Shown: positions 9,162-17,142, counted from the stretch's first letter. The stretch: 64,000 nucleotides of DNA from Patescibacteria group bacterium (GCA_038065095.1 JBBTRR010000001.1:113546-177545), one strand, 5' to 3'. Notes: generated by a model from the sequence alone, not told the origin. Numbers and translations: made by a program.

Positions 9162-9972
9162 AAGCTTTATTTTAGGTATTTTAACTTTTATTACAGTTTT
9201 AATTTTTTGGTTTGTTTTTGAAAAAGATAATCAAAAAGCAGAAGTTATTTTTTTAAATGTGGGCCAAGGCGATAGCCAGTTAATAGTTTTACCAAGCGAC
9301 ATACAAATTTTAATAGATGGCGGGCCTAACACCGATATTTCGGCAAAAATTTCTAAATATTTACCTTTTTACGACAAAGATATAGAGTTGATAATTTTAA
9401 CCCACCCGCACGCCGATCATTTGCGCGGGTTACTTTCTGTTTTAAAAGATTATAAAGTTCAAAACTTTATGTTTGCAGGTGCTAATTACGAAAGCAAAAT
9501 TTATGCCGAGTTTTTAGATGCGCTTAAAAAAGAGGGTAGTAATGTCTATGTAGCAGAAGCTGGAGATTTAATTAGTTATGAAAAAGATCCAATTTTAAAA
9601 ATATTAACCCCTTTAAAAAATACACTAAGCAAAAATTTTAAAGGCATACACGAAAGTATGGTGGTGAGCGAACTTAGTTTGGGCAATAAAAAGTTTTTGT
9701 TAACAGGCGATATGGAAGAAATATTAGAACGACAACTTATCGCATCAAAGACGGTTGAAGACGTAGATGTTTTAAAAATTGGGCATCATGGTTCTAAAAC
9801 TTCTACATCGGAAAATTTTTTAAAAATTGTTAAACCCGAAGAAGCTATCATTCAAGTCGGCCGTAATTCCTATGGCCACCCTACAAAGATTATTTTAGAT
9901 AGGCTAAATAAGTTTGGAGTTAAAATCTTCCGTAACGATCAGTTGGGCGATATAGTTTACCGAGCCAAATAA
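9145..9972 (+). CDS. ComEC-related metallo-beta-lactamase-fold protein (split C-terminal domain)
   Basis: NVGQGD, LIDGG, THPHADH, LTGD, GHHGS, NSYGHP. Confidence 0.9.
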   Translation: MIQLTKSFILGILTFITVLIFWFVFEKDNQKAEVIFLNVGQGDSQLIVLPSDIQILIDGGPNTDISAKISKYLPFYDKDIELIILTHPHADHLRGLLSVLKDYKVQNFMFAGANYESKIYAEFLDALKKEGSNVYVAEAGDLISYEKDPILKILTPLKNTLSKNFKGIHESMVVSELSLGNKKFLLTGDMEEILERQLIASKTVEDVDVLKIGHHGSKTSTSENFLKIVKPEEAIIQVGRNSYGHPTKIILDRLNKFGVKIFRNDQLGDIVYRAK

Positions 9973-9987
9973 CAAATCTAAATCAAA

Positions 9988-10027
9988 AACGTATCCCGAG
10001 CTTACGATCGTAAGCTCGGGATACGTT
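9988..10027. repeat. 40-bp perfect palindrome (TACGATCGTA-core family, copy 3)
   Basis: aacgtatcccgagcttacga|tcgtaagctcgggatacgtt, just after the comEC operon. Confidence 0.9.
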
Positions 10028-10178
10028 ATGAGTTGAGATAAAAATAGCCCATAAATAGCTAGTAAATAAGCCAAGTTTTGAACTATAACAAGCTATTGAC
10101 TTTTATCTTTGTAATATGGTATTATTATGGTGTACTTTAATTTACCAAAAATAATCTAATCAACCAAAGGAGGAGAAA

Positions 10179-10352
10179 ATGCTTGGAAGTATTAGTGGCA
10201 CGATCATAGTCGTTGGTGCAGTGGCTATATTTTTCGGAGCCTTCGATCTGTGGGTGGATAGTCCCAGTAACTGGAAAAAGATTGCCACAAAAATCGTGGG
10301 CGGTGTAGTGGTGGTCTGTATTGGCATGTTGATGAAAAAGTTCGGTTTGTAA
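10179..10352 (+). CDS. 57-aa two-TM membrane protein (not in ORF track)
   Basis: AGGAGGAG SD; MLGSISGTIIVVGAVAIFFGAFDLWVDSPSNWKKIATKIVGGVVVVCIGMLMKKFGL; TTGACT...TATTAT promoter upstream. Confidence 0.6.
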   Translation: MLGSISGTIIVVGAVAIFFGAFDLWVDSPSNWKKIATKIVGGVVVVCIGMLMKKFGL

Positions 10353-10398
10353 CAGTCTTATTTTTTTGAAGTAAACCTTTTTCCGTATCGGAGGCCTT

Positions 10399-10518
10399 AT
10401 GAAAAAGATGGCTATGCCGGTGTGGAGGTGGTGGGTCAAGGAATACTCTCAAGAAATGTTCATCGGTGCTGCTTTCTTGGCGCTGGCGATTCCGTTTATC
10501 AAATTCTTTTTTGGATAG
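10399..10518 (+). CDS. 39-aa membrane peptide (not in ORF track)
   Basis: GGAGG SD; MKKMAMPVWRWWVKEYSQEMFIGAAFLALAIPFIKFFFG. Confidence 0.5.
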   Translation: MKKMAMPVWRWWVKEYSQEMFIGAAFLALAIPFIKFFFG

Positions 10519-10526
10519 GAGAAAAA

Positions 10527-10829
10527 ATGGCTACAAAACCTAGTATAGAAAAGCTCAGAGAATTGGCAAGCAGAAGGAACGTGGCTTACGAAATTAGCAG
10601 GTGGTATTATGAACCATGTTCTTTGTATCAAGAAGTTCAAGAAATCCAGAAAATAGGATTTAAGTCTCAGGCGGCTAGGTGGTTAGAATCTATGACCTCT
10701 GCTGGTATGCAGTTCGGTACTGCTTCAAAAGAAGAAAGATTGAAAGAAGCCCAAAGTATGGCTGATCTTGCCGGTATACCTCTTAAAGAGATTACTGACG
10801 AGATAGGTCTATCGGGCGTGCTTTTGTAG
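10527..10829 (+). CDS. Hypothetical protein
   Basis: AGGAG SD before the ATG at 10527 (MATKPSIEKL...), in frame with ORF 10422..10829. Confidence 0.6.
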   Translation: MATKPSIEKLRELASRRNVAYEISRWYYEPCSLYQEVQEIQKIGFKSQAARWLESMTSAGMQFGTASKEERLKEAQSMADLAGIPLKEITDEIGLSGVLL

Positions 10830-10878
10830 TATTTCCCTCGGACAAATCGTCCATCACTTTAATCAAAGGATAATTCTG

Positions 10879-11202
10879 ATGATAATCACGATAGGCGAAC
10901 TGGTTCGTGACATAAATGGCACAAACCTCGCATGCGTGCCTATGGGAGGGGAAAGTTTCGCATCTCTAACAAGTGAAGAGCGTCTGACGCTTTGGCGTTT
11001 CGATGGGGTAGCTCTGGAGGTTGATGCACAGGCGTTACCGCTTCATGTTTATCTGATGGGCGGTTCGATGAAACGACTGGCCATCTATCCTCGTAGTGGT
11101 TGCATCAAAATTCCTGGAACAAGGTGTATTTCACTCAGCGATGAAGAAAATGGTCACGAACTGGTAATACATCGTGCACCGAAGGATTATATTTACCCTT
11201 GA
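10879..11202 (+). CDS. Hypothetical protein
   Basis: AAGGA SD; followed by a terminator. Confidence 0.6.
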   Translation: MIITIGELVRDINGTNLACVPMGGESFASLTSEERLTLWRFDGVALEVDAQALPLHVYLMGGSMKRLAIYPRSGCIKIPGTRCISLSDEENGHELVIHRAPKDYIYP

Positions 11203-11215
11203 CCAAACTGTACAC

Positions 11216-11244
11216 AGTCCTCGACGAAAGTCGGGGGCTTTTTT
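11216..11244 (+). terminator. Rho-independent terminator
   Basis: AGTCCTCGAC-gaaa-GTCGGGGGCT stem followed by a T-run. Confidence 0.75.
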
Positions 11245-11354
11245 ATTTTTTCAAACCATGGTTTGAAAAAATATCCTGAGCGAGTTTGCGAGTCGAAGGA
11301 TTACATAAATAGGTAGGACTTTTTTTATTCTAAAAATTTGCTATTATCATCTTT

Positions 11355-11603
11355 ATGGAGATATACTTTACGGATCATGCTAGGTATCAGTTTAAAGAAA
11401 GAAATATATCTCTGGCCGAAGTGGATAGAACCGTCAGGAGACCCGATAAAATATTAAAACAACTATCAGGCAGAATCCGTGCCGTGCGAAGGTTCAAGAA
11501 ACAAAGAAAAGTTTATGCGTTGGTGGCGGTATATGAAGTTAGAAAACACAGAATAGAGGTTGTAACGGTTTTCCTTACTAGCAAGATTAAAAAATATTTA
11601 TGA
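11355..11603 (+). CDS. DUF4258-like putative toxin (RelE/BrnT-like)
   Basis: FTDHA..Q.KERNI....V...V..PD and C-terminal VVTV pattern; coupled to a DUF2283-like gene. Confidence 0.75.
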   Translation: MEIYFTDHARYQFKERNISLAEVDRTVRRPDKILKQLSGRIRAVRRFKKQRKVYALVAVYEVRKHRIEVVTVFLTSKIKKYL

Positions 11604-11818
11604 AACTACATTACGATAAATCAGAAGATGCTTTTTATGTTCGGTTTGATGACAGCCCCTACGCTCAAAGCGATGAGATAGATGAAGGGGTTATTTTTGA
11701 CTACGACAAAAAAGGCAAAATAATTGGTATTGAAATTCTGGATGCCTCCAAAAAACTTTCGCCATCTTTTAGGGCGTCTTTGCGGCTTAAAGAGATTCCT
11801 GTTAGTGTGGGAGCGTAG
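11600..11818 (+). CDS. DUF2283-like putative antitoxin
   Basis: YDK..DAFY.RF...S.EI..GVI.DYD..G.IIGIEILDAS. Confidence 0.85.
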   Translation: MKLHYDKSEDAFYVRFDDSPYAQSDEIDEGVIFDYDKKGKIIGIEILDASKKLSPSFRASLRLKEIPVSVGA

Positions 11819-11878
11819 TTTTTATTTTTAACAAAAGTATCCTCACATAAGAGGATTTTTTATTGTCCTAGTAAATTT

Positions 11879-12469
11879 ATGAATCATCCAAAAGAAGAAA
11901 CAACATTTTTAATGGTTAAGCCTGATGGTGTTAAGCGCGGCTTAACTGGAGAAATTATAAAACGTATAGAGCAGAGGAATTTAAAGTTGGTTGCGCTTGG
12001 CATGGAAAAACCAACTCGCGCCAAAATAGATGGGCATTACCCTAAAGATGCTAAATGGGTTCACCGCTTAGGCGAAAAAACTTTAGCTACATACGAAAAA
12101 TATGGTTACGATGCCAAAAAAGAATTAGGTACAACTGATCCAGATAAAATTGGTAAAATGGTTCGTAGTTGGCTTTTAGATTTTATGTGTTCTGGCCCGG
12201 TGGTAAAAATGGTTATAAAAGGTGTGCATGCGGTGGATATGGTTCGTAAATTAGCAGGAAGCACGATGCCTTCGGCGGCGGAGATGGGCACAATTCGCGG
12301 AGATTATTCGGTGGATTCCCCAGCTTCGGCTAACCGAGATAAGCGTTCGGTGCATAATATTGTGCATGCTTCGGAAACTCCAGAAGAAGCTAGACACGAA
12401 ATTGGATACTGGTTTAGAAAAGATGAGCTTTGCGATTATAAGCGAACGGATGAAGATTTAACTTTTTAA
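11879..12469 (+). CDS. ndk: Nucleoside diphosphate kinase
   Basis: MVKPDGVKRGL, SGPVV, GTIRGD, NIVHAS. Confidence 0.95.
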   Translation: MNHPKEETTFLMVKPDGVKRGLTGEIIKRIEQRNLKLVALGMEKPTRAKIDGHYPKDAKWVHRLGEKTLATYEKYGYDAKKELGTTDPDKIGKMVRSWLLDFMCSGPVVKMVIKGVHAVDMVRKLAGSTMPSAAEMGTIRGDYSVDSPASANRDKRSVHNIVHASETPEEARHEIGYWFRKDELCDYKRTDEDLTF

Positions 12470-12477
12470 GGTTTTTT

Positions 12478-12559
12478 AAAAATCACTCCGAGCAGCGACA
12501 TGGAGTCCTCTCAATTGTATATTTGGTCATCTCCATGAATGCTACTCGGAGTGATTTTT
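12478..12559. repeat. Structured hairpin repeat, copy A
   Basis: 15-bp outer stem, inner CATGGAG/CTCCATG stem, and a loop shared with the copy at 12979-13060. Confidence 0.8.
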
Positions 12560-12584
12560 GGGTAAGTGGTTTTAAAAATTAAAT

Positions 12585-12620
12585 AAAAAATCCGAGATCA
12601 AAAGTCTCGGGTTTTTTATT
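12585..12620. terminator. Bidirectional terminator
   Basis: A-run, TCCGAGA-tcaaaag-TCTCGGG, T-run. Confidence 0.6.
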
Positions 12621-12622
12621 GA

Positions 12623-12723
12623 ACCCCGTAAGAGTTTTACACTTATAGTTTAGTGTAAAACATTTTTTTAGCGGTTTAGACTTTACTTTGAAAAATACTC
12701 TAACAGTAAAATTCTAACGGGGT
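12623..12723. mobile_element. MITE-like element with 18-bp imperfect terminal inverted repeats
   Basis: ACCCCGTAAGAGTTTTAC...GTAAAATTCTAACGGGGT (16/18 match) with an internal hairpin; no coding capacity. Confidence 0.5.
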
Positions 12724-12905
12724 GAACTTGGTCGGGATTTTAAAAGTATGTTCAGCCTAGTTAATAGGTGGGTTTCCGCAACGATCAACGCCCGAACGAA
12801 TCAGCACATAGTCGCAATTTAGGAATCCCTAGAACAATTATTTTGAGCTAAAACTTTTAAAATCCTTAATCCCGACTTTACGTCGAGACCAACCACCAAG
12901 TTCAC
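12722..12905 (-). ncRNA. ssrS: Probable 6S RNA
   Basis: ~184-nt rod. Terminal GTGAACTTGGT/ACCAAGTTCAC and GGATTTTAAAAGT/ACTTTTAAAATCC stems, a central AU-rich bubble, GGGATTCC and ACCCACCT...AGGCTGAAC segments resembling Firmicutes-type 6S. TTGAAT-16-TATAAT promoter immediately upstream on the minus strand. Confidence 0.65.
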
Positions 12906-12978
12906 TTTTATTATAGCTCCACAACGTATCAATTCAAGTATGTTTATCCACCTAGTTTTTGTAGGTTTTTTGTTTTTA

Positions 12979-13060
12979 AAACATAACCCTAAATAGACGA
13001 TGCGGAGGCCTCTCAATTGTAGAATTGGTCATCTCCGCGATGCTATTTGGGGTTATGTTT
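12979..13060. repeat. Structured hairpin repeat, copy B
   Basis: 18-bp outer stem, inner TGCGGAG/CTCCGCG stem, and the same loop as copy A. Confidence 0.8.
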
Positions 13061-13101
13061 AGGGAGTAAAAGATAGAATACAAAAATTATTTTTGTTATA
13101 G

Positions 13102-13773
13102 TTGTTTTGTATGTCTTTTATAGATTACGCACAGGATTTTACTAAAAAAGAATCGCTTTCAGAAAAAAAGAAGCGGATGCTTAAGGTTATTAAATTTTTA
13201 AAAGGCAAATTCCCCGAGGCTAAAATTGCCTTAAGTTTTGAAAACCCCGTTCAACTTTTGGTGGCGGTAATTCTTTCGGCGCAATGTACAGATAAAAAAG
13301 TTAACCAAGTAACAGAAAGTATATTTAAAAAATACAAAACCTCGGCAGATTTTGCCAAATTAACCCAAACTCAATTAGAAAAACTAATCCATTCGTGCGG
13401 ATTTTACAGGGCCAAGGCTAAAAATATAATTGGTGCTATAAAAATTATAGAAAATAAGTTTGGCGGCAAGGTGCCAAACACAATGGCAGAAATTTTGATC
13501 TTACCTGGTGTGGCTAGAAAAACTGCAAATGTTGTTTTGGGTAACGCTTACAATGTGGTTGACGGTATAGCTGTGGATACGCATATGATTAGAATAAATC
13601 AAAAATTAGGGTTTACTCGCCAAAAAGATCCAGTTAAAATTGAACGCGATTTAATGCAGATAATTCCTAAAAACGAATGGTTTAGTTATACTTATAGAAT
13701 AATAAACTATGGTCGCGCTGTTTGTACGGCGCGGCATAAAAAATGTGAGTGCAAACTTTATCAAATTAAATAA
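13102..13773 (+). CDS. nth: Endonuclease III (DNA glycosylase/AP lyase)
   Basis: LVAVILSAQCTDKKVN, HhH LPGVARKTANVV, VDTH. The true start may be the ATG at 13111. Confidence 0.95.
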   Translation: MFCMSFIDYAQDFTKKESLSEKKKRMLKVIKFLKGKFPEAKIALSFENPVQLLVAVILSAQCTDKKVNQVTESIFKKYKTSADFAKLTQTQLEKLIHSCGFYRAKAKNIIGAIKIIENKFGGKVPNTMAEILILPGVARKTANVVLGNAYNVVDGIAVDTHMIRINQKLGFTRQKDPVKIERDLMQIIPKNEWFSYTYRIINYGRAVCTARHKKCECKLYQIK

Positions 13774-13798
13774 AAAGGGAATTAATGGAAGAAATGGG

Positions 13799-14923
13799 AT
13801 GAAAGGGGTTGTTTTTCTTTTTCTTTGTTTTCTGTTGCTTGATTTTAGTATTTCGGCTGAGGCGGGTAAGGTGGGCGATATTAAAAAAAGAATCAAGACA
13901 AAAGTTTCGGTTTTTTTACCTCAAAACAGGCAAGCTCAAATGCAATCGGTAAAAACGGGCATATTTTTTAGCCCAATGGAGACTGTTATTTTGGGCGGAC
14001 CAGAACAGAACAGTATTATACAAAATACCAAAGTTGAGTTTACTTTAGACGGTTGGCAAGTTTTGCCCTTCGAAAAAACAAATCGTTTTGATGTTTGGTT
14101 GATTGGCTACGATACTGGTTGGCGGGCGGTTAGTAGCAAAGTCACCTATAATCTTCCTGCGGGTAAAAAGACTTATACGTTATTGGCTCGTGCCAAAAAC
14201 GCTCAAGGTGAATACGACAATACGGCCGTAATCAGAAGTTTTTTGGTAAATGTTTCCGATAACTTTGGAAAAGTTAAAATTAGCAATGTTAATTACAGAG
14301 GATCTTCTAATAAACCTAACTACGAAAAAGTATCTATTGTTAATCGTTCTAGTGATTTAGGTGTAAACATTACTGGTTGGACGTTAAAAACAAAGCGTTT
14401 TAGTAATTCGTTTCAAATTCCTCAAGCATCCAGAGTGTATAATCCAAGGGATTTAAATGCTACAGATAATATTGTTTTAAATAAGGGCGGAGTTGCAGAT
14501 TTTTTTGTAGGCAAGAGAAGCCCATTGAGTGTGAATTTTCAAGAAAATGCTTGTGATGGTTATATATCTAGCGCTTTTGAAAGTTATGATTCTCTTTCCA
14601 GTACAGGCAGGTGTAATTTACCAAGTCGATCCGATTATAATAGTTACAGTATATCTTGCAGGGGGTATCTTAATGGTATAAGTTCATGCAAAGAGCCAAG
14701 GTTAGAATATTTTAGCTTTATTAACGAACCTTCTTGCCGAGAATTTATTACTAAAAATTATAATTACCAAGCTTGTGTGGAGCGTTCTAAAAATCAAGCT
14801 AGTTTTTATTTAGGCAAGTGGAAAATATATTTGGGACATAACGAAGAAATTTTAGATGATCTTGATGATACTTTATATTTATATGATTCTATGGGGTTGT
14901 TGGTAGATACCTATAGTTATTAA
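13799..14923 (+). CDS. Secreted protein with Ig-like (Y_Y_Y-type) and lamin-tail-like domains
   Basis: Signal peptide MKGVVFLFLCFLLL..; YNLPAG..TY...ARA; VNITGWTLK; C-terminal DTLYLYDS.G.LVDTYSY; several Cys. Confidence 0.65.
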   Translation: MKGVVFLFLCFLLLDFSISAEAGKVGDIKKRIKTKVSVFLPQNRQAQMQSVKTGIFFSPMETVILGGPEQNSIIQNTKVEFTLDGWQVLPFEKTNRFDVWLIGYDTGWRAVSSKVTYNLPAGKKTYTLLARAKNAQGEYDNTAVIRSFLVNVSDNFGKVKISNVNYRGSSNKPNYEKVSIVNRSSDLGVNITGWTLKTKRFSNSFQIPQASRVYNPRDLNATDNIVLNKGGVADFFVGKRSPLSVNFQENACDGYISSAFESYDSLSSTGRCNLPSRSDYNSYSISCRGYLNGISSCKEPRLEYFSFINEPSCREFITKNYNYQACVERSKNQASFYLGKWKIYLGHNEEILDDLDDTLYLYDSMGLLVDTYSY

Positions 14924-14950
14924 TGGTTGGGTAATTAATTAGAGATAAAA

Positions 14951-14982
14951 TAGCACGAGCTTACGATCGTAAGCTCGTGCTA
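14951..14982. repeat. 32-bp perfect palindrome (TACGATCGTA-core family, copy 4)
   Basis: tagcacgagcttacga|tcgtaagctcgtgcta, between convergent genes. Confidence 0.9.
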
Positions 14983-14990
14983 AGTGCTTT

Positions 14991-15209
14991 TTATCGGAGC
15001 ATTTCATCTGCCAGATTTCTGATTTCGGGTTTAACCCGAGGATCGTTTAGGATTTTTTCACGGCAGGCTTCCATCATGCCTATGGGGTGTATTCGGGATC
15101 CAGCCAAGCTTTCTATTGCCAGCTCGGCTAGTTGGGTTGGTGTGGTTCCATGTGGTAATGGTTCGAGATCGAAAGTAGCCAAAAAATAAGCCTGTTCTAA
15201 AATATCCAT
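14991..15209 (-). CDS. Hypothetical protein
   Basis: AAGGAG SD inside the end of murD; tightly coupled downstream of murD. Confidence 0.55.
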   Translation of the reverse strand: MDILEQAYFLATFDLEPLPHGTTPTQLAELAIESLAGSRIHPIGMMEACREKILNDPRVKPEIRNLADEMLR

Positions 15210-15212
15210 TGA

Positions 15213-16574
15213 TTAACTCCTTTCTTTAAAGAACTGGTTAAACCGCTCGCCTCTATCAAATTCGTTTTTGAATTTTTCAAAACTGGCGGCGGCAGGCGAA
15301 AAAAGCAATATCTTTTTGCCTTTAATTAATTTGGCATGTTTTACGGCCGAGGTCAAAAGTGTGGAGAAGTCTATAAAAAGTTGAGGTCTAGTGTTTTTAA
15401 AATATTTTTCTCCCAGCGAATCTAACATTTTTTTGGTAGCCGAGCCGTCTAACAAGAAAAGATTGGCCGGTTTTATATATTTTTTAACAGATTTAGCCCA
15501 GTCATCAAACTCCAAATTTTTACTGGTGCCGCCGGTTATTAATATCAAGGTTAAACCTTGATGGGTGAATCGGTTTAAGGCGGCGATGGTGGCATCGGGT
15601 GAAGTAGCGGTGGTATCGTTTACTACTGTTAAATTTTTGTCTTTTAAAATTATTTCTTGTCTAAATTTTATTTGAGGCAGAGTTTTTATGGCTTTTTTAA
15701 TTGTCTTCCAATCTACGCCAGCTAAATTAGCGGCAAGAGAAGCTGTTATTAGGTTTTGGATATTATGATCGCCAAGATGCAAAAAAGAGAACGGGATTAA
15801 ATGAGAGGAAGGAGGAAAATGCGTAAAAAGAACTTGGCTGGCTGGTTTTTGTTTTAAATAAAAATTTGTCCAAGGGTTTTTCTTATTAAGAATCAAAAAA
15901 TCATTTTTGGTTTGGTGCTTAAAGATATTGGCTTTAGCTTCGGCGTATTCGGCTATATCTTTGTAGCGGTTTAAATGATCTGGATAAATATTTGTTATAA
16001 CCGCAATGTGGGGTGATTTTTCGGAAACGGGTAATAGCTCTAAATGCCAGCTTGAAAGCTCAACCACAACTGGGCTTTTTTCGTCTAAGCTATCTAAAAC
16101 GCCAAGCATGGGGCTATCGGAAGAATTTCCGGTTAAAACTGAATTAGGAAATTTTTGTTTTAAAAAGTGAAGAATCCAGTTTGCAGTGGTGGTTTTACCA
16201 CGCGTGCCAGTAACGCCAATAATTGGATTTTTACAAAAGCGGAAAAACAAACTAGCTTCGTTTTCTAAAATAGCGCCAGCTTCGCGCGCGATTTTTAAAT
16301 ATGGGCTTTCTTTGGGTACGGCCGGGTTTACTACAATAATTTGATTATTTTTAAAATCGGATTCGTTGTGTTTGCCTAAAACAAGTTTTATTTTCTTGGC
16401 GGCTGACCCAAGTGCTTTTATAGAGCTTGATAGATCGGCACGAGATTTTAAGTCGGTTACAGTAACCTTTGCGCCATGTTTAACTAGCCATTTGGTTGTG
16501 GCAATTCCACCACCCAAAAGGCCTAAACCCATTACCAACACCTTTTTGTTTTTGAGATATTCGGAAGGGGTCAT
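15213..16574 (-). CDS. murD: UDP-N-acetylmuramoyl-L-alanine--D-glutamate ligase
   Basis: GLGLLGGG, GVTGTRGKTTT, VELSSW.L, NIYPDHLNRY, NDTTAT, SPAAASF..FKNEFDRG. Confidence 0.92.
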   Translation of the reverse strand: MTPSEYLKNKKVLVMGLGLLGGGIATTKWLVKHGAKVTVTDLKSRADLSSSIKALGSAAKKIKLVLGKHNESDFKNNQIIVVNPAVPKESPYLKIAREAGAILENEASLFFRFCKNPIIGVTGTRGKTTTANWILHFLKQKFPNSVLTGNSSDSPMLGVLDSLDEKSPVVVELSSWHLELLPVSEKSPHIAVITNIYPDHLNRYKDIAEYAEAKANIFKHQTKNDFLILNKKNPWTNFYLKQKPASQVLFTHFPPSSHLIPFSFLHLGDHNIQNLITASLAANLAGVDWKTIKKAIKTLPQIKFRQEIILKDKNLTVVNDTTATSPDATIAALNRFTHQGLTLILITGGTSKNLEFDDWAKSVKKYIKPANLFLLDGSATKKMLDSLGEKYFKNTRPQLFIDFSTLLTSAVKHAKLIKGKKILLFSPAAASFEKFKNEFDRGERFNQFFKERS

Positions 16575-16575
16575 T

Positions 16576-17055
16576 CTATTTTCCTAAATCCAGTTGCATT
16601 ACTAAATCGTAATTTTCAAAACCATTTTTTCTATAAAATTTAATAGCGCTTTCGTTTTGTGCCGATGGTATAACAGAAACATAGTTAACTTTATTTTCTC
16701 GGCACCAGTTTATAAAGTTATTTGTTAGTTGTGAACCTAATTTTTCGCCTTGATGTTCTGGCTTTATATAAATACTTTCTAATTCTGCGTATTTAACGTC
16801 AATTCTATATAGTGGACGTTTGAGTATGGTGCACATTATATAGCCTATAATATTTTTTTCTTCGTTTTCCACAATTTCTACAAAACTATCTTCGCCAGAG
16901 ATTCTTGCTTTAAAATATTCTTGGCCGTCGGCGCTAAAAGTCCAATCCAAATTAGCAGTAGGATCAAATTCGTGTTGAATATTAAAAAGTTCCAAATTTA
17001 GTTTGGAGACTTCTGATAAATCTTCGGGTTTGGCTTTGCGGATGGTTGTAGGCAT
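16576..17055 (-). CDS. GNAT-family acetyltransferase
   Basis: IYIKPEHQGEKLG motif A; N..AIKFYRKNGF. Confidence 0.85.
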   Translation of the reverse strand: MPTTIRKAKPEDLSEVSKLNLELFNIQHEFDPTANLDWTFSADGQEYFKARISGEDSFVEIVENEEKNIIGYIMCTILKRPLYRIDVKYAELESIYIKPEHQGEKLGSQLTNNFINWCRENKVNYVSVIPSAQNESAIKFYRKNGFENYDLVMQLDLGK

Positions 17056-17135
17056 AAAGGGTCAAAAGGGGGTGAATGGGTCAAAAAAGGAAAATGGAAT
17101 TAAGGGGTTAAAAGGGGAAAGTAAGGGGTCAGGAA
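17056..17135. repeat. Degenerate purine-rich ~9-mer tandem repeat
   Basis: aaggggtca/aaagggggt/gaatgggtc/.../taaggggtt/aaaggggaa/taaggggtc. Confidence 0.6.
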
Positions 17136-17142
17136 ATAAAAT

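Noticed and set aside
12819-13016. 65-aa ORF on the minus strand
   Set aside because: It overlaps the 6S RNA candidate, its promoter and a hairpin repeat; no SD or protein motif.
12470-13100. Integron attC cassette array
   Set aside because: No convincing RYYYAAC/GTTRRRY ends on the hairpins, no integrase, and no cassette ORF between them.
1587-14982. CRISPR array from the recurring palindromes or hairpins
   Set aside because: The copies are kilobases apart, with no regular repeat-spacer periodicity and no cas genes.
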